The notes below the pieces were generated by a model that was not told the DNA's origin, made no database searches, and saw only the letters and a list, made by a program, of their open reading frames with translations. The translations under genes were made by a program, and so were the position numbers. DNA of 63,714 bases, filler included, from Octopus bimaculoides (Eukaryota), in the NCBI RefSeq assembly GCF_001194135.2. It is 4 parts of 4 records of this genome, joined end to end, with 100 filler letters (N's around TTAATTAATTAA, not from the genome) between each part and the next. Parts side by side here need not be neighbours in the genome. Positions count along the whole stretch, not along the records: positions 27,632 to 56,100 come from NC_069001.1; positions 56,201 to 61,891 come from NC_069010.1; positions 61,992 to 63,714 come from NC_068984.1; 1 more part is not named here. One strand, given 5' to 3'. Shown here piece after piece: positions 50,128 to 63,714 of this stretch; position 1 is the stretch's first letter; each line of letters starts with the position of its first letter.

Positions 50128-50248
50128 TTTGGAAAGAAAAAAGAGTCAAGATTAAATGCAAGGTATACATAATCGAGTTTTTAAATGACTGAAATAACAT
50201 GTAATTAAAAATGCAACATTTCATGTGTGACAACCTAATATTTATACT

Positions 50249-50298
<50 letters not shown>

Positions 50299-53200
50299 TA
50301 GTGCTTTTATAATATAAAGTTTCCATTTTCATTTCCTTTCACTTGACATTGCTTAACCTGATGTTACAGGAGCAGACATTTGCCCATGCAATGGTACTGT
50401 GTAGAAGGATAGATCCTGAGACCACATAGTTACAAAATGAATTTAATACCACACATCATGCACATATCCATGCCTGGTAAGAATTGTACTTAAATCTGTC
50501 ACAGACCTCTAAATAGCTCTATATCACTTTTTTCATATTTATTATTAAAATTTAAATTACAAGCTTTCATGAACCAAGACAAAAGCATAGATTTTTTTAT
50601 AGAAAAAATGAAAAACATTCCAAAACAAAGTGAAAAATGTATTATTAAATTTAAGGATGAAAATGAAAGAATATTTTAATGACAAAAGAAGTATATTTAC
50701 AATTATTTTCATATTTTCATCCAATAGTTATGCTTCCATAGTTTTAGTAGTATTTTGACAATTTAATATTTGAACTTTTGTTTATATTCTCCTTAAATTA
50801 GTAATATGAGAACACATATTATATATGTGACAGTGTGTGTGTGATTTCAAAAACAAACCAAAAACTGTTTAACACTACAAGAAAACTTATAATATTGTAT
50901 CAGATAGTATGTAACTGATACAAAATGTTTAATATTAAATAAAGAAATAAATAAATACTTCTTGTCGGACAGTGTCTGGTCATAAAAGATGTTTATTCAG
51001 CCTTGAAACTTGGTTCCTTTGTGGTTCCTTTGCATTGAAATTTATTCCAGCTTTGTTTCTTTTCAATACCATCAACTTTTGATATTTGTATATTTTTCCT
51101 TTTGTTTTTACTTCATGATTTTTATTGTGGTTTTTCAAGACCTTATTTCATTTATATTTGCCATGTTTCTTTTCCAATAATTTATAGTTTTTGGAGGTTA
51201 TTTTACTGCAATTATGGCAGATCAGTGGTTTTGCTTTAATTTCTTCAATGTTAAAGTTTCTAATTTATGAGATGATCCTGCAGTGGTCTGGTGGGTAACT
51301 GAAGTGATTAAGTTGGCCTTGTGGTTAAGAAGCTTGCTTTGTAACCACTTGGTCCTAAGTTGATTCACTCCTTGAGAAACTATCTTCTACTATAGCCTTG
51401 GGTAGACCAATGCCTTATGAGTAGATTTGATTGATGGAAACTGTGTGGAAGCCCATCGTATCTCTTTTACTCTTTTACTTGTTTCAGTCATGTGACTGTG
51501 GCCATGCTGGAGCACCGCTTTTAGTCGAGCAAATCGCCCCCAGGACTTATTCTTTGTAAGCCTAGTACTTATTGTATCGGTCTCTTTTGCCGAACCGCTA
51601 AGTTACGGGGACGCAAACACACCAGCATCGGTTGTCAAGCGATGTTGGTGGGACAAACACAGACACACAAACACACATATATATACATATATACGACAGG
51701 CTTCTTTCAGTTTCCGTCTACCAAATCCACTCACAAGGCTTTGGTCGGCCCGAGGCTATAGTAGAAGACACTTGCCCAAGGTGCCACGCAGTGGGACTGA
51801 ACCCGGAACCATGTGGTCGGTAAGCAAGCTACTTACCACACAGCCACTCCTGTGCCATAATGTATATTTATGTGTGTTTGTGTCTCTTTTTATTTTCCAC
51901 TTCACTGTTCAACAACCATTGTTTGTTTGTTTATGTCCTCATAACTTGGCAGTTTAATGAAGAAGATAGATAAAATAATTACCAGGCTTAAAATATGTAC
52001 CAGAGTTGATTTTTTTGACTTAACACTTCAAGGTAGTGCCCCAGCATGGCCACAGTCCAATGACAGATGAAAGTCAATGGTAAAACTAATGTTTATTTAT
52101 GCCATAATAATGGTTTCAAATTTGGGCACAAGACCAGTAGTTTTGGGGAAGAGGTCAGTCAATTATATTGACCTCAGTGCTCAACTGGTACCTATTTTAT
52201 CGAACCCCCCAAAAGGATGAAAGGCAAAGTCAACCCTGGTGGAATTTGAACTCAGTCTGGCATATTTATGATTCAGCCAGCTTGTTGCCTTTACTTATAC
52301 CATAACAATAATCCTCTCTAACAAAGGCAGAAAGCCCTAGAGTTGATGAGAAGCAAACAGTTGACTACATCAATCCCAGTTACTTTATTTTATGAATCCT
52401 GGAAAAGTAAAAGGCAAGCAGACCTCAGCTGGGTTTTGAGAAGAATTTTGGAGAGGGTAACTATGCAGAAGCCTGTCATATATGTCTACATATATGAATG
52501 CATATCTGTAAATATTATTCTGCAGAGTTTATCAGTGCAAGCTGTAAACAAAATTCCCTTATGTGATATTTGTTCTGCCCGAGTTGTGCAAACGATCCAT
52601 TGTTATTCTCCCTATTACAAATACTATGAATCAGAGAATGGACCATTTAAAACACGTAACCAGTGATAATATTGTTCACAAAACGTGATATAAATATATA
52701 AATAAACAAATTATTGAAGAGAATACAATCTCAGTCTAATTTATGATGTTTTCAGTGGTTATGGTGTAATTTATTATGTTGTCTGTGATTTTTGATGTTA
52801 TATATTGTATCTTGTGCAACATTCCTGATAATATGTGATATTCCTAATTATTTTATGATTACTTGTCGGTAATTTGGGATGTGTTGTGTCATAACTATTA
52901 TCAGTTATTTATTTTTCATGTTTTCATAATCTGTTGTCTGTCTTCTCGTAATTTGAAAAGAGAGCCAATTGTTGAATAGATAACACTTTAACATCTCACC
53001 TGAAATGAGTTTGAGATTATATCAATTATTAGCATTCTATTGTTATTAGTGAGCAATTGTAACCAACTGAAAATGAGATGCCACCAGGGAAGGAAACTGC
53101 TCATCAATATCTCATTGATAATATTGTCTCATTGACAATTAGGAAGGGATGTGGAGATGAGAGAGAGTAAGAGAGAGAGGGAGGAGGTTTTTAACAATAT

Positions 53201-53925
53201 TAAACTTGAATATTCACCTAGAAGAATGTATATGTCACCAAGTTTAATGTTGCTTTGTTATCAATAAAATTACTCATATGTTCCTGTCAGATACCTAACT
53301 TAACATTGAAAACTTGACAAGATGATTTTATCTAATACTGATAATATTAAGTGTTCGTGTGTGCTAAATGATAGAAGCAAGTACCCGTCTACCACAACAG
53401 AATTGAGGTCCTAAAACTAAGGTGTCATGTAAAAACCATTGGTGTGGGTGCTGGAACCACGTAAAAAGCACTGGTGATGGTGCCACTTAAAAGGCACCCA
53501 GTACACTCTGTTAAATGATTGGCATTAGGAAGGGCATCCAGCTGTAGAAACCAAGCCAAAGCAGACTATAGAACCTGGTGGGGCCCTTGGTCTTGTAGGC
53601 TCCTGTCAAGCTGTCCAGCCAATGCCAGCATAGAAACCAGATGTTAAATGTTGTTGATGAAAATGATGATGCAATTGAAGGGCATCAACCCCAGTATTTA
53701 TTTTCTTTTAAGCCTGGTACTTATTCTGTTGGTCTTTTATGCTATGTTATGGGAACATAAACAAACCAACACTGGATGTTAGGTGGTGGGTGAAAAGAAA
53801 AAAAAAGAGACACATACATACATAGATATATGCATACACAAAGAAACACACACACACATATATGTGTGTGTATATGTGCATGCATGTGTGTGTGCATATG
53901 CATGTGCATGTGTGTAGAGTATATA

Positions 53926-55185
53926 TCAGGCTGAGCAAAAAGTAAGAAACCTTTTTTGAAACATGAAATTCATCACAATATATTTGAACAATGCAGAAAT
54001 TTTATTCATCAAAGTAAGTACCATTACAATCAATGAATTTTTTGTAATGAGTTACAAATTTCTTTATTCTAGTAACATAAAATTCTAGAGTCCTGGAGTC
54101 GATGAACTCTTTGAACGCACTTTTAGCATCGGTTTGATTTTTCAGCTCCTTCTCTCGCAGAAAATCATCAAGGTGCTTGGAAAAGCGGTAGTCGTTAGGA
54201 GAAAGGTCTGGGAAATAAGCTGGGTGGGGAAGAACTTCATAGCCAAATCCCTTTAACTTCTGGAGCATCATTAGTGAAACATGATGTTGATCATTGTCAT
54301 GAAGAATGATTGGCCCTCTTCTGTTGACCACGCTGGGATGGCGGAGTAGCAAATTTTCATTCATTTTGGCAATTTCTTGGCAATATGTTTCTGCAGTAAT
54401 GGTTATTCTGGGTTTTAAGAAGTTATATTGGATGAGTCCAGCAATATACCACCAAACAGTTACCATGACTTTCTTTTTGAAGAACTCAGGTTTGGAGAAG
54501 GTTTTCAGTGCTTCATTTTGGTCCAACCACTGTGAAGAACGTTTTTCATCACAAGTTACAATACGGTCAAGTACTGCATAAGTCTGGTTATGAAGAAGAA
54601 GCAACAAGCAAATTTCATATCTGCACATTTTGTGATTTTCATACAAATCGTGTAGTAACCATTTGTCAAGCTTTTGGGATTTTCCAATCGCATGCAAATG
54701 GTTGCAGGCAGTTTTCTGGCTAACTCAAAGTTCTTTTGCCTGTTCTAGAGTGGTTTTATGTGGATCTTTCTCAATGATGGTCTTTAATTGACCATCATCG
54801 ATGACAGATGGGTGTCCACTACACTTACAATCTTCAAGGCTCAGGTCTCTACTGTGAAATCATTTAAACCATTTTCGAGCTGACCACTCACTGGCCATTT
54901 CGTCATGTTTTATTGATATCACCAGTAGTTTTAGCTGCTTTACATCCTTTTTTGAAGTTGAATAACAAAATTGCTCAAATATCGTGCATTGACAGTTCCA
55001 TTTCAGATAATTGTAACAAAGGTGAAAGAAAATATTTATGTTAGTTTATTGATGCATTTGGGCAAATCTATGTCTGTATTATCATACAATTGCAAAAGAA
55101 TGTTTTAAACAAATTCAAAACTCTGCAAAAATCCAGTACAAATTCTTTATGGTTCAAAATGTTGCTTACTTTTCACTCAGCCTGA
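53926..55185 (-). mobile_element. Near-full-length mariner (DD34D) with both TIRs and a TA TSD; transposase degenerate
   Basis: TIRs tcaggctgagcaaaaagtaag and cttacttttcactcagcctga; RIVTCDEK, HDNDQHH and HPAYFPDLSPNDY in the ORF at 54002-54697. Confidence 0.92.
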
Positions 55186-55333
55186 TATAAAGGATTTTCA
55201 TCTGACAGGTGTGTACTACAAATGTTCAATTTGGTTTACCAACTGAAAACAAGCTGGTGTCAAGGCTGTCTATCAATTCTGGCGAGATGTGGTTTATCAT
55301 GGGACAGGTATACACACACACACACACACACAC

Positions 55334-55374
<41 letters not shown>

Positions 55375-56059
55375 CATATCAGAAACTGAGAAAATACAAG
55401 CAAAACATATGATATCACTTCAAAGCCTTTGATTTATAATTTATTTATCATTTAAAGATAACACAAAGTAATTATAGTAAATTGGTAAAGTCTCTTACAG
55501 TTGTTTCTAGAATAGCTAAGCATGCGAGGCATGCATTATTGAGCAAGGATTTCCACATAAACTAAGTATTCCATCATCAGAGAGAGAGGGAGAAATAAGT
55601 AAAGAATATCCTTAAACAAGGAAATTAGTAGTTACTAGTTTGTTGAATAACTATGGTCCAAAGTAGAAATATAATATTGATTGTTAGTTCCATATGCAAA
55701 GGAGCAATGAAGCTGTTAGTAAATTATAATATCTCTTAGCAGTTCCATTGTTGAAGCATCAAGGAAAATCCAAAGTAAAAGATGATAGATGTTACTGGTT
55801 CCATCTTTGAAGAGAAAGTGCTCAATAACACATGCTCTGTTATTCCAGAAACAGGTGTAAGGTATGTTACCTATTTACTGTAACTACTCTACTCTATGCT
55901 TAAGTTATGAATTATAATAAATAAACAACTCTAAATTTGTACTACATATTTTGCTTGCCTACTCTCTATGTCTAATATGCACAAACACACACACACATGT
56001 ATATATATATATATATATACATATATGTGTGTGTTTATATATGCATATACTTGTGTGTG

Positions 56060-56100
<41 letters not shown>

Positions 56101-56200
56101 NNNNNNNNNNNNNNNNNNNNNNNNNNNNNNNNNNNNNNNNNNNNTTAATTAATTAANNNNNNNNNNNNNNNNNNNNNNNNNNNNNNNNNNNNNNNNNNNN

Positions 56201-56405
56201 TCTGTATGTTACATATATTTGTAAGTCCTGGTATTTTTGTTATGTATTTGTCTGAGTATTTTTTAATTATACCTAAGGCACCTACTATGATAGGAATTGT
56301 TTCTGTTTTTAGACTCCACATTCGAGTTATCTCTATTTCCAGGTCTTTGTATTTTGAAAGTTTTTCCATTTCTTTTCGAGAAACGTTGTCATCTGCTGGT
56401 ATTGA
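56201..56405 (-). mobile_element. Restriction-like-endonuclease non-LTR element, C-terminal fragment
   Basis: EKLSKYKDLEIEITRMW...PIIVGALG. Confidence 0.8.
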
Positions 56406-56409
56406 TACA

Positions 56410-56443
<34 letters not shown>

Positions 56444-56721
56444 GGTGACAGAATCATTAGCACGTTGGCGAAATGCTTAGCAGTATTTCATCCATCTTAA
56501 CGTTCAGAGTTCAAATGTCGCTGCGGTCAACTTTACTGTTCCTTTCAGGGTCAATAAATTAAGTACCAGTTGCGCACTGGGGTTGATGTAATTGACTTAT
56601 CCCCCTCCCTCCAAATTTCAGGCCTTGTGCCTTAAGTAGTACAGATTATTATTTTTATTATTATATAATCCATGAAGATATTTGCATATATCTTTAATTA
56701 ATATACTTTTTTTAATTACAG

Positions 56722-56741
56722 ATTCCCTCAGATGGCAACTG
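56722..56741 (+). CDS. OTUD6B: OTUD6B 20-nt microexon: IPSDGN plus TG of the catalytic Cys codon
   Basis: ttaattacag acceptor, TG|gtgagt donor; matches the IPSDG(H/N)C motif of OTUD6B. Confidence 0.85.
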
Positions 56742-57149
56742 GTGAGTATTTCTTGTATAATTTTTGTGTATATGTCTTGCATGCCCCATACATTTCTGGT
56801 ATGTCTGCCCCTAAACCATTCCTGCATAGGTATGTGGTTAAAAAGCTTGCTTCCCAACCATATGTTTTCAGGTTCAACTCCACTGTGTGGCACCTTGGGT
56901 TAGTGTCTTTCACAATGGTTTGTCAGGTGTTATTTAATTGTCTGAAGAATTTCTAACAGGAAATTTCTTACATGTTTATCCACCATGTACAACTTTGTAA
57001 TTCTTATTAGCAAATGAAACCTGTGTAATCTATATCTATAAAAGGCAGGATGTGTGTGTGTGTGTGTGTGTGTGCGTGAATGTACTTTATGCACGTCCAC
57101 AAATTAGCACTGTTTATTAACCCATCCTTCTATATTTCTCTTCCACTAG

Positions 57150-57195
57150 CCTCTACAATGCTATTTGTCATCAACTGGCCCTGAAAAACATTCAG
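57150..57195 (+). CDS. OTUD6B: OTUD6B exon: (C)LYNAICHQLALKNIQ
   Basis: ttccactag acceptor, CAG|gtaagc donor; phase 2 completes TGC (Cys); matches C.Y.AI..QL. Confidence 0.85.
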
Positions 57196-57241
57196 GTAAG
57201 CTTATTAACAATATTAATGACATCATTGGTATTATAGGCCC

Positions 57242-57658
57242 GTGTTTTTATATTATTAATAAATTCATAAAATTATCAATAATATTCACAGGAAATCAAT
57301 ATTTGATATTTCGAAAGATATATATCCAATATGACATGGTAATATAATAAATTTAAAATATAAAATATACGAAATATAAATATAAATATATATAAAAATA
57401 TGAATGTAGATAAAGATACATGTGAATATAAATGCATATAAAAATTTATGCGTAATTAAGCATGAAATTTATATTCACATGTATCTTTATCTACATTCAT
57501 ATTTTTATATATATTTATACTTATATTTTGTATATTTTAAATTTTAAATTTATTATATTACCATGTCATATTGGATATATATCTTTTGAAATATTAAATA
57601 TTGATTTCCTGCGAATATTATTGATAATTTTATGAATTTATTAAAAATATAAAAACAC
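57242..57658. repeat. AT-rich foldback with 192-bp inverted arms and a 33-nt loop
   Basis: 57242-57433 is the near-exact reverse complement of 57467-57658. Confidence 0.95.
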
Positions 57659-58216
57659 ACACACACACACATATATATATACCGGATGTGCCATCAAAAC
57701 TCTTGATTGGACCATGTCAGGTGGGGGAGAAGAGCCATGCAAGGAACGTGAAAATCACGGTGGTGCACCAGCATGACTGCAGCCACTTGGCTGAAACACA
57801 TAAATAAATAAATAAATAAAATATATAGTAGATAAATAGATAGATAGATATATCAGGCATGGCTGTGTGGTAAGAAGTTTGCTTCCTAACTAGATGGTTC
57901 TGGGTTCAGTCCCACTGCATGGCACCTTCAACAAGCTTGCCTTTCATCCTTTCAGGGTCAATAGAACAAGTACCAGTCAAGTACCGGGGTCGAAGTAAGT
58001 TCCTAGTCTCCTCCCCACAAATTCCAGTCCTTGTGTCTAATGCATGGGAGGGGAGAAGAGGCTGGCCTAGCGGATGGGAGTGGAGAAGAGGCAAGCCTAA
58101 TGCATCACTGTAATGTGGGCAGAAAGCTGAATACACAACACTTCAGGACTCAGTTATGCTGATAAGGATGGGTCTTTTTGGAAACCTCATATTGCCAGAG
58201 ATTCCAGTCCCTTGTC

Positions 58217-58247
<31 letters not shown>

Positions 58248-58470
58248 TGATCAAGATGGCGAGCTGGCAGAATTGCTAGCACACCAGGCAAAATGTTTAG
58301 CTGTGTTTCGTCTGTCTTATGTTCTGAGTTCAAATTCCACCGAAGTCAACTTTGTCTTTCATTCTTTAGGGGTTGATAAATTAAGTACCAGTTCCATACT
58401 GGGGATGGTCTAATCGACTGGCCCCCCTTCCCTTCAAAATTTTGGGCCTTGTGCCTAGAGTAGAAAAGAA

Positions 58471-58503
<33 letters not shown>

Positions 58504-59894
58504 GGCAGCGAGCTGGCAGAATCGTTAGCACACTGGGCAAAATGCTTAGCAGTAATTCATCTGTCTTTGCTTTTCATCCTTTCGGGGTCGATTAAATAAG
58601 TACCAGTTACGTACTGGGGTCAATGTAATCAACTATCCCCTTTCCCCAAATTTCAGGCCTTGTGCATGTAGTAGAAAAAATTATTATTATTATTATNNNN
58701 NNNNNNNNNNNNNNNNNNNNNNNNNNNNNNNNNNNNNNNNNNNNNNNNNNNNNNNNNNNNNNNNNNNNNNNNNNNNNNNNNNNNNNNNNNNNNNNNNNNN
58801 NNNNNNNNNNNNNNNNNNNNNNNNNNNNNNNNNNNNNNNNNNNNNNNNNNNNNNNNNNNNNNNNNNNNNNNNNNNNNNNNNNNNNNNNNNNNNNNNNNNN
58901 NNNNNNNNNNNNNNNNNNNNNNNNNNNNNNNNNNNNNNNNNNNNNNNNNNNNNNNNNNNNNNNNNNNNNNNNNNNNNNNNNNNNNNNNNNNNNNNNNNNN
59001 NNNNNNNNNNNNNNNNNNNNNNNNNNNNNNNNNNNNNNNNNNNNNNNNNNNNNNNNNNNNNNNNNNNNNNNNNNNNNNNNNNNNNNNNNNNNNNNNNNNN
59101 NNNNNNNNNNNNNNNNNNNNNNNNNNNNNNNNNNNNNNNNNNNNNNNNNNNNNNNNNNNNNNNNNNNNNNNNNNNNNNNNNNNNNNNNNNNNNNNNNNNN
59201 NNNNNNNNNNNNNNNNNNNNNNNNNNNNNNNNNNNNNNNNNNNNNNNNNNNNNNNNNNNNNNNNNNNNNNNNNNNNNNNNNNNNNNNNNNNNNNNNNNNN
59301 NNNNNNNNNNNNNNNNNNNNNNNNNNNNNNNNNNNNNNNNNNNNNNNNNNNNNNNNNNNNNNNNNNNNNNNNNNNNNNNNNNNNNNNNNNNNNNNNNNNN
59401 NNNNNNNNNNNNNNNNNNNNNNNNNNNNNNNAATATTTATTTTTCACTGACGTTATTACTGTTATTTCTTTATTTTCTGCAAACAAAGTGCACAAAAAAG
59501 CTACATGTTTGCATTATGTTATATATACAATAATAATAAAGGACGTTACCGTATATATGCTTACAAACCAAGGACATTATATAGACCTCCTTGACTCAAG
59601 TTAGAGAAGGGGTGCGTATTATACAGGTTTAGATTTTTCAGAGGTACAGCCCCCTAAAAATCCCCTGCGTATTATGCTCAAGGGCGGACTATACTCGAGG
59701 ATTTACGGTATATGAATCCAAGAAAGTTAGAGGTTGTGAGTCCAACCCACTAAGGGATAATATCTATCCAATACACTGCTGGAAGAATACCCAATTATTA
59801 TTACACTAGTGTTTTCTCATTTTATTACCAAGTGCAATAAATGGGTGCGGGTAAAAAGATATTTTACCCTTAATTTATATAGCAATAAGAAAAT

Positions 59895-59999
59895 GGAGGG
59901 GATTAATAGGTGGTATTCATCAACTTTCAGACATTAAACAAGTAAATTGACACAATACAATGTCTGCAAGTTGATGAATACCACCTATTAATCCCCTCC
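59895..59999. repeat. 105-nt hairpin with a perfect 32-bp basal stem
   Basis: ggaggggattaataggtggtattcatcaactt versus aagttgatgaataccacctattaatcccctcc. Confidence 0.9.
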
Positions 60000-60239
60000 G
60001 GGCCTGGTTAGAGGCCCAACCTTCTGAGTTCTTTTAAAGGGCTTAGAAAAACTGAAGGACCGCTACAATAAGTGTGTGAATCTAAGAGTGGAATATGTTG
60101 AATAAAATCACAATTCACTGATCCTCCTGTACTTTCTTCTTATCCCCTTTGTGTATGTGGTTGTTTGTATCTTTTACGACTAAAAGTCTTTGGTAAGATT
60201 CACGTTCTTCTCTGTGTACATTTGTTTCTCTGTTTTCAG

Positions 60240-60301
60240 AAGAATACCAGAAAATCTGTAAAGACATTGCTACAACGCCTGCCTGGGGTGGACAGATAGA
60301 G
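60240..60301 (+). CDS. OTUD6B: OTUD6B exon: EYQKICKDIATTPAWGGQIE
   Basis: tgttttcag acceptor, GAG|gtgagt donor; WGG..E OTU motif matching OTUD6B (EFQKYCEDIVNTAAWGGQLE). The intervening DFLPF exon was not found and may lie in the 58697-59431 gap. Confidence 0.9.
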
Positions 60302-61189
60302 GTGAGTGTATNNNNNNNNNNNNNNNNNNNNNNNNNNNNNNNNNNNNNNNNNNNNNNNNNNNNNNNNNNNNNNNNNNNNNNNNNNNNNNNNNNNNNNNNN
60401 NNNNNNNNNNNNNNNNNNNNNNNNNNNNNNNNNNNNNNNNNNNNNNNNNNNNNNNNNNNNNNNNNNNNNNNNNNNNNNNNNNNNNNNNNNNNNNNNNNNN
60501 NNNNNNNNNNNNNNNNNNNNNNNNNNNNNNNNNNNNNNNNNNNNNNNNNNNNNNNNNNNNNNNNNNNNNNNNNNNNNNNNNNNNNNNNNNNNNNNNNNNN
60601 NNNNNNNNNNNNNNNNNNNNNNNNNNNNNNNNNNNNNNNNNNNNNNNNNNNNNNNNNNNNNNNNNNNNNNNNNNNNNNNNNNNNNNNNNNNNNNNNNNNN
60701 NNNNNNNNNNNNNNNNNNNNNNNNNNNNNNNNNNNNNNNNNNNNNNNNNNNNNNNNNNNNNNNNNNNNNNNNNNNNNNNNNNNNNNNNNNNNNNNNNNNN
60801 NNNNNNNNNNNNNNNNNNNNNNNNNNNNNNNNNNNNNNNNNNNNNNNNNNNNNNNNNNNNNNNNNNNNNNNNNNNNNNNNNNNNNNNNNNNNNNNNNNNN
60901 NNNNNNNNNNNNNNNNNNNNNNNNNNNNNNNNNNNNNNNNNNNNNNNNNNNNNNNNNNNNNNNNNNNNNNNNNNNNNNNNNNNNNNNNNNNNNNNNNNNN
61001 NNNNNNNNNNNNNNNNNNNNNNNNNCCGAGAACTACGTTAAGGGGTACACGTGTCTGTGGAGTGCTCAGCCACTTGCACGTTAATTTCAAGAGCAGGCTG
61101 TTCCGTTGGTCAGATCCACTGGAACCCTCGACGTTGTAAGCGACGGAGTGCCTACAACAACAACAACAACAACATGTCTGAACGAATGA

Positions 61190-61350
61190 ACAATGTCATG
61201 CCGTATATAAACTGACAAAAGGTAGGTTTCTTACCGTCGTCAGTGTTTATGCAGCAACAATGTCTCATTCTGATGAAATTATAGGACAGTTTTACGACAA
61301 TCTAGCACAATTAATGAGGAAAGTACCAATTTCTGACAAGCTGCTAAATG
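61190..61350 (+). mobile_element. RTE LINE endonuclease fragment
   Basis: LTKGRFLTVVSVYAATMSHSDEIIGQFYDNLAQLMRKVPISDKLL. Confidence 0.8.
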
Positions 61351-63714
61351 TTGCAGACACTACCTCCATAGGGAGTTGTAACATGGCCTGAACTATCATC
61401 ATCGTCATCATCATCGTTTAATGTCCGCTTTCCATGCTAGCATGGGTTGGACGATTTGACTGAGGACTGGTGAAACCGGATGGCTACACCAGGCTCCAAT
61501 ATGATCTGGCAGATTTTCTACAGCTGGATGCCCTTCCTAACGCCAACCACTCTGAGAGTGTAGTGGGTGCTTTTACATGCCACCGGCACGAGGGCCAGTC
61601 AGGCAGAACTGGCGACGGCCATACTCGAAATGGTGGGTTTTAGACCAAAGAACATCAGGCTTTTCAGTGTCCAGTAAACTGATTATGTATCATTCAAACG
61701 TGGTCACTTGTGCTGATGGCACAAAATTGCCACTTTTTTAAATGAAGGACATTGTCTAAAGAAAGGATACCCAATGACATTTATGTTCATGTCCACCCAA
61801 AAGTTGGCTGGATGAGAGAGGGATGAATCTATGACTTGATAAAGTGTAATCTAGGCGTCCTGGTAGGCTATTAAACAAACCTGCCTTATTANNNNNNNNN
61901 NNNNNNNNNNNNNNNNNNNNNNNNNNNNNNNNNNNTTAATTAATTAANNNNNNNNNNNNNNNNNNNNNNNNNNNNNNNNNNNNNNNNNNNNCAAATTTTA
62001 AAGCAAACCCATAATTTTCTTATGGTTTCTTAAACATTCACTTGAACAAAACTGTACAAATCCAAATATATGGTACCCTAGGCATAACACATACATGAAC
62101 TTCTAACTTGTTGTCTCTTGAGGTCTCTGGATGAGACTTGGATCCAACTTGTACAAATGCAAAACAAAAGTCAAACATAAAATAATAATAATAATAATAA
62201 TAATGCCCCGATGCAGTACCATGGCTTCTGATATTAACTGACCGGAAGTGTTATCATGTACATTGTTTTATCTTAGTATAAAAGATGGGCTACAGCAAAT
62301 ATTCTGATCAATACCACACATTTGCTTGTCCGTTGTTTGACCTTAACCAGTTGAGCATGTTCTTTAGTGGCTGATGATATGTGCATCAGAAATCATAAGT
62401 AAATGTAGTGGCGGACCATCATAGTCATGTGTTGAGAGGAATTTTTGTGAGTTTGGATAATTCACCACTAGAAACGTAGGTGTTTCATTTAACATCCTTA
62501 AACACCCCTTATTCAGTGACCTTTTGAGCGGGACGGGCTCATCAACCTGAAGAAATTTATAACTGGGTCTCAATTGCAAAGTCATGCACGATTTATCTTG
62601 AAACAAGATCAGGTTGTCGCGCACATATGACTGATGCATGTACGTGATGTAACCTTATCAGTCATGATGAGTATAATGAGCTTTGTATAATTTAGCCGGG
62701 TCTCACTTTGGTGGCATGCATTGCTCTCTCACTCAATAATAATGATGATGGTGGTGATGATATCAACTGGACTTCCTGCCATTGATCTTTGATCTCTGGA
62801 TTTGATCCAGACAAAGAAGGCGGGAGATCATATGTTTTGAATATTTTGATATCAGGTGTCATCCCCGATGTAGCAACCCATATGACTTATTTAGTTTTAC
62901 ATGTGTGCTTCAGTTAAATTCTCTTTCTTATTATTTCTGCTACTGCTATTTCCATCGAAACCGTTTCGCATTGGTATGTACGGTAGGTGCAGCTTTTAAA
63001 ATTTATACATCAACAAGAGATGCCTATTGAGGTGAATTCCGCCGTTTAGCGGGCTTCCAATAAAATTTCTGTTATAAGTATGAAATGCAGATTGCTATAT
63101 ACGTATTTAGGGTTATGTACATATACGTGCATATACATAATGCATGCATAAACTAACACTCATGCAAGTATACATGCATACATACATATAGAGATGCGTA
63201 CATAAATATATACACATGTGTGCGTGTGTGTATAAATGTAAACAAACAAATATTTATTTTTTTATTAGAAGAGTGTATGTGGGTTGTACGATACAAGTAA
63301 GAGGATATTTTCTCGAATGCAGATTTGCCATTAGAACAACAGAAATACTGGTAATTTACACTTACACGGACGACAAATCTGTCAACAACCAACCATGGGT
63401 GGTTGTGGACGTGTGTGTGTGTGTGTGTACAGTAGCAGCATGTAAGGTGTTTCTAAGTCACTTAAATGCACAGAAAAAACGTTAGATTCACTTCAACATT
63501 TAAATTTAATTTGTGTCAAAATATTTTCTTCGATTTGAAACTGCAACCTGTTTACTGACAAAATTTTATACTGCACGAAATTATGTCAGTGAACAGGACG
63601 TGTTTTCAAACAGGCGAAAATATTTTGATATAAATTTAATTTAACTTTTGAAGAGAATCTAACAGTCTTTGTGTGTTTTTAAATCGCTTATAAACACCCT
63701 CCAAGCTCCAATTA

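Overview
Eukaryotic, AT-rich, microsatellite- and SINE-dense genomic DNA with many N-gaps. The repeat families suggest an octopus draft assembly (inference). Three spliced protein genes were reconstructed by hand. (1) NDUFA10 on +, 8 exons at 915-8542, with the 5' end outside the window and one GC-AG intron. (2) An unidentified, probably extracellular protein on -, with at least 14 exons at 11304-27269. It carries four tandem 147-148 aa cysteine-containing domains, each encoded by the same three-exon cassette and arranged as a duplicated pair (AB-AB). (3) Three catalytic-domain exons of OTUD6B on + at 56722-60301, including a 20-nt microexon. The rest is mariner/Tc1, Helitron, Penelope-like, RTE and R2/R4-like LINE remnants, tRNA-derived SINEs and MITEs. 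The most unusual signals are RNA-structural: several minimal hammerhead-ribozyme-like motifs sharing a non-canonical CUGU(G/U)GA core, and one motif at 47178-47238 with all three hammerhead helices and the exact core in a non-circularly permuted strand order. Everything was read by eye; no database search or folding program was run.
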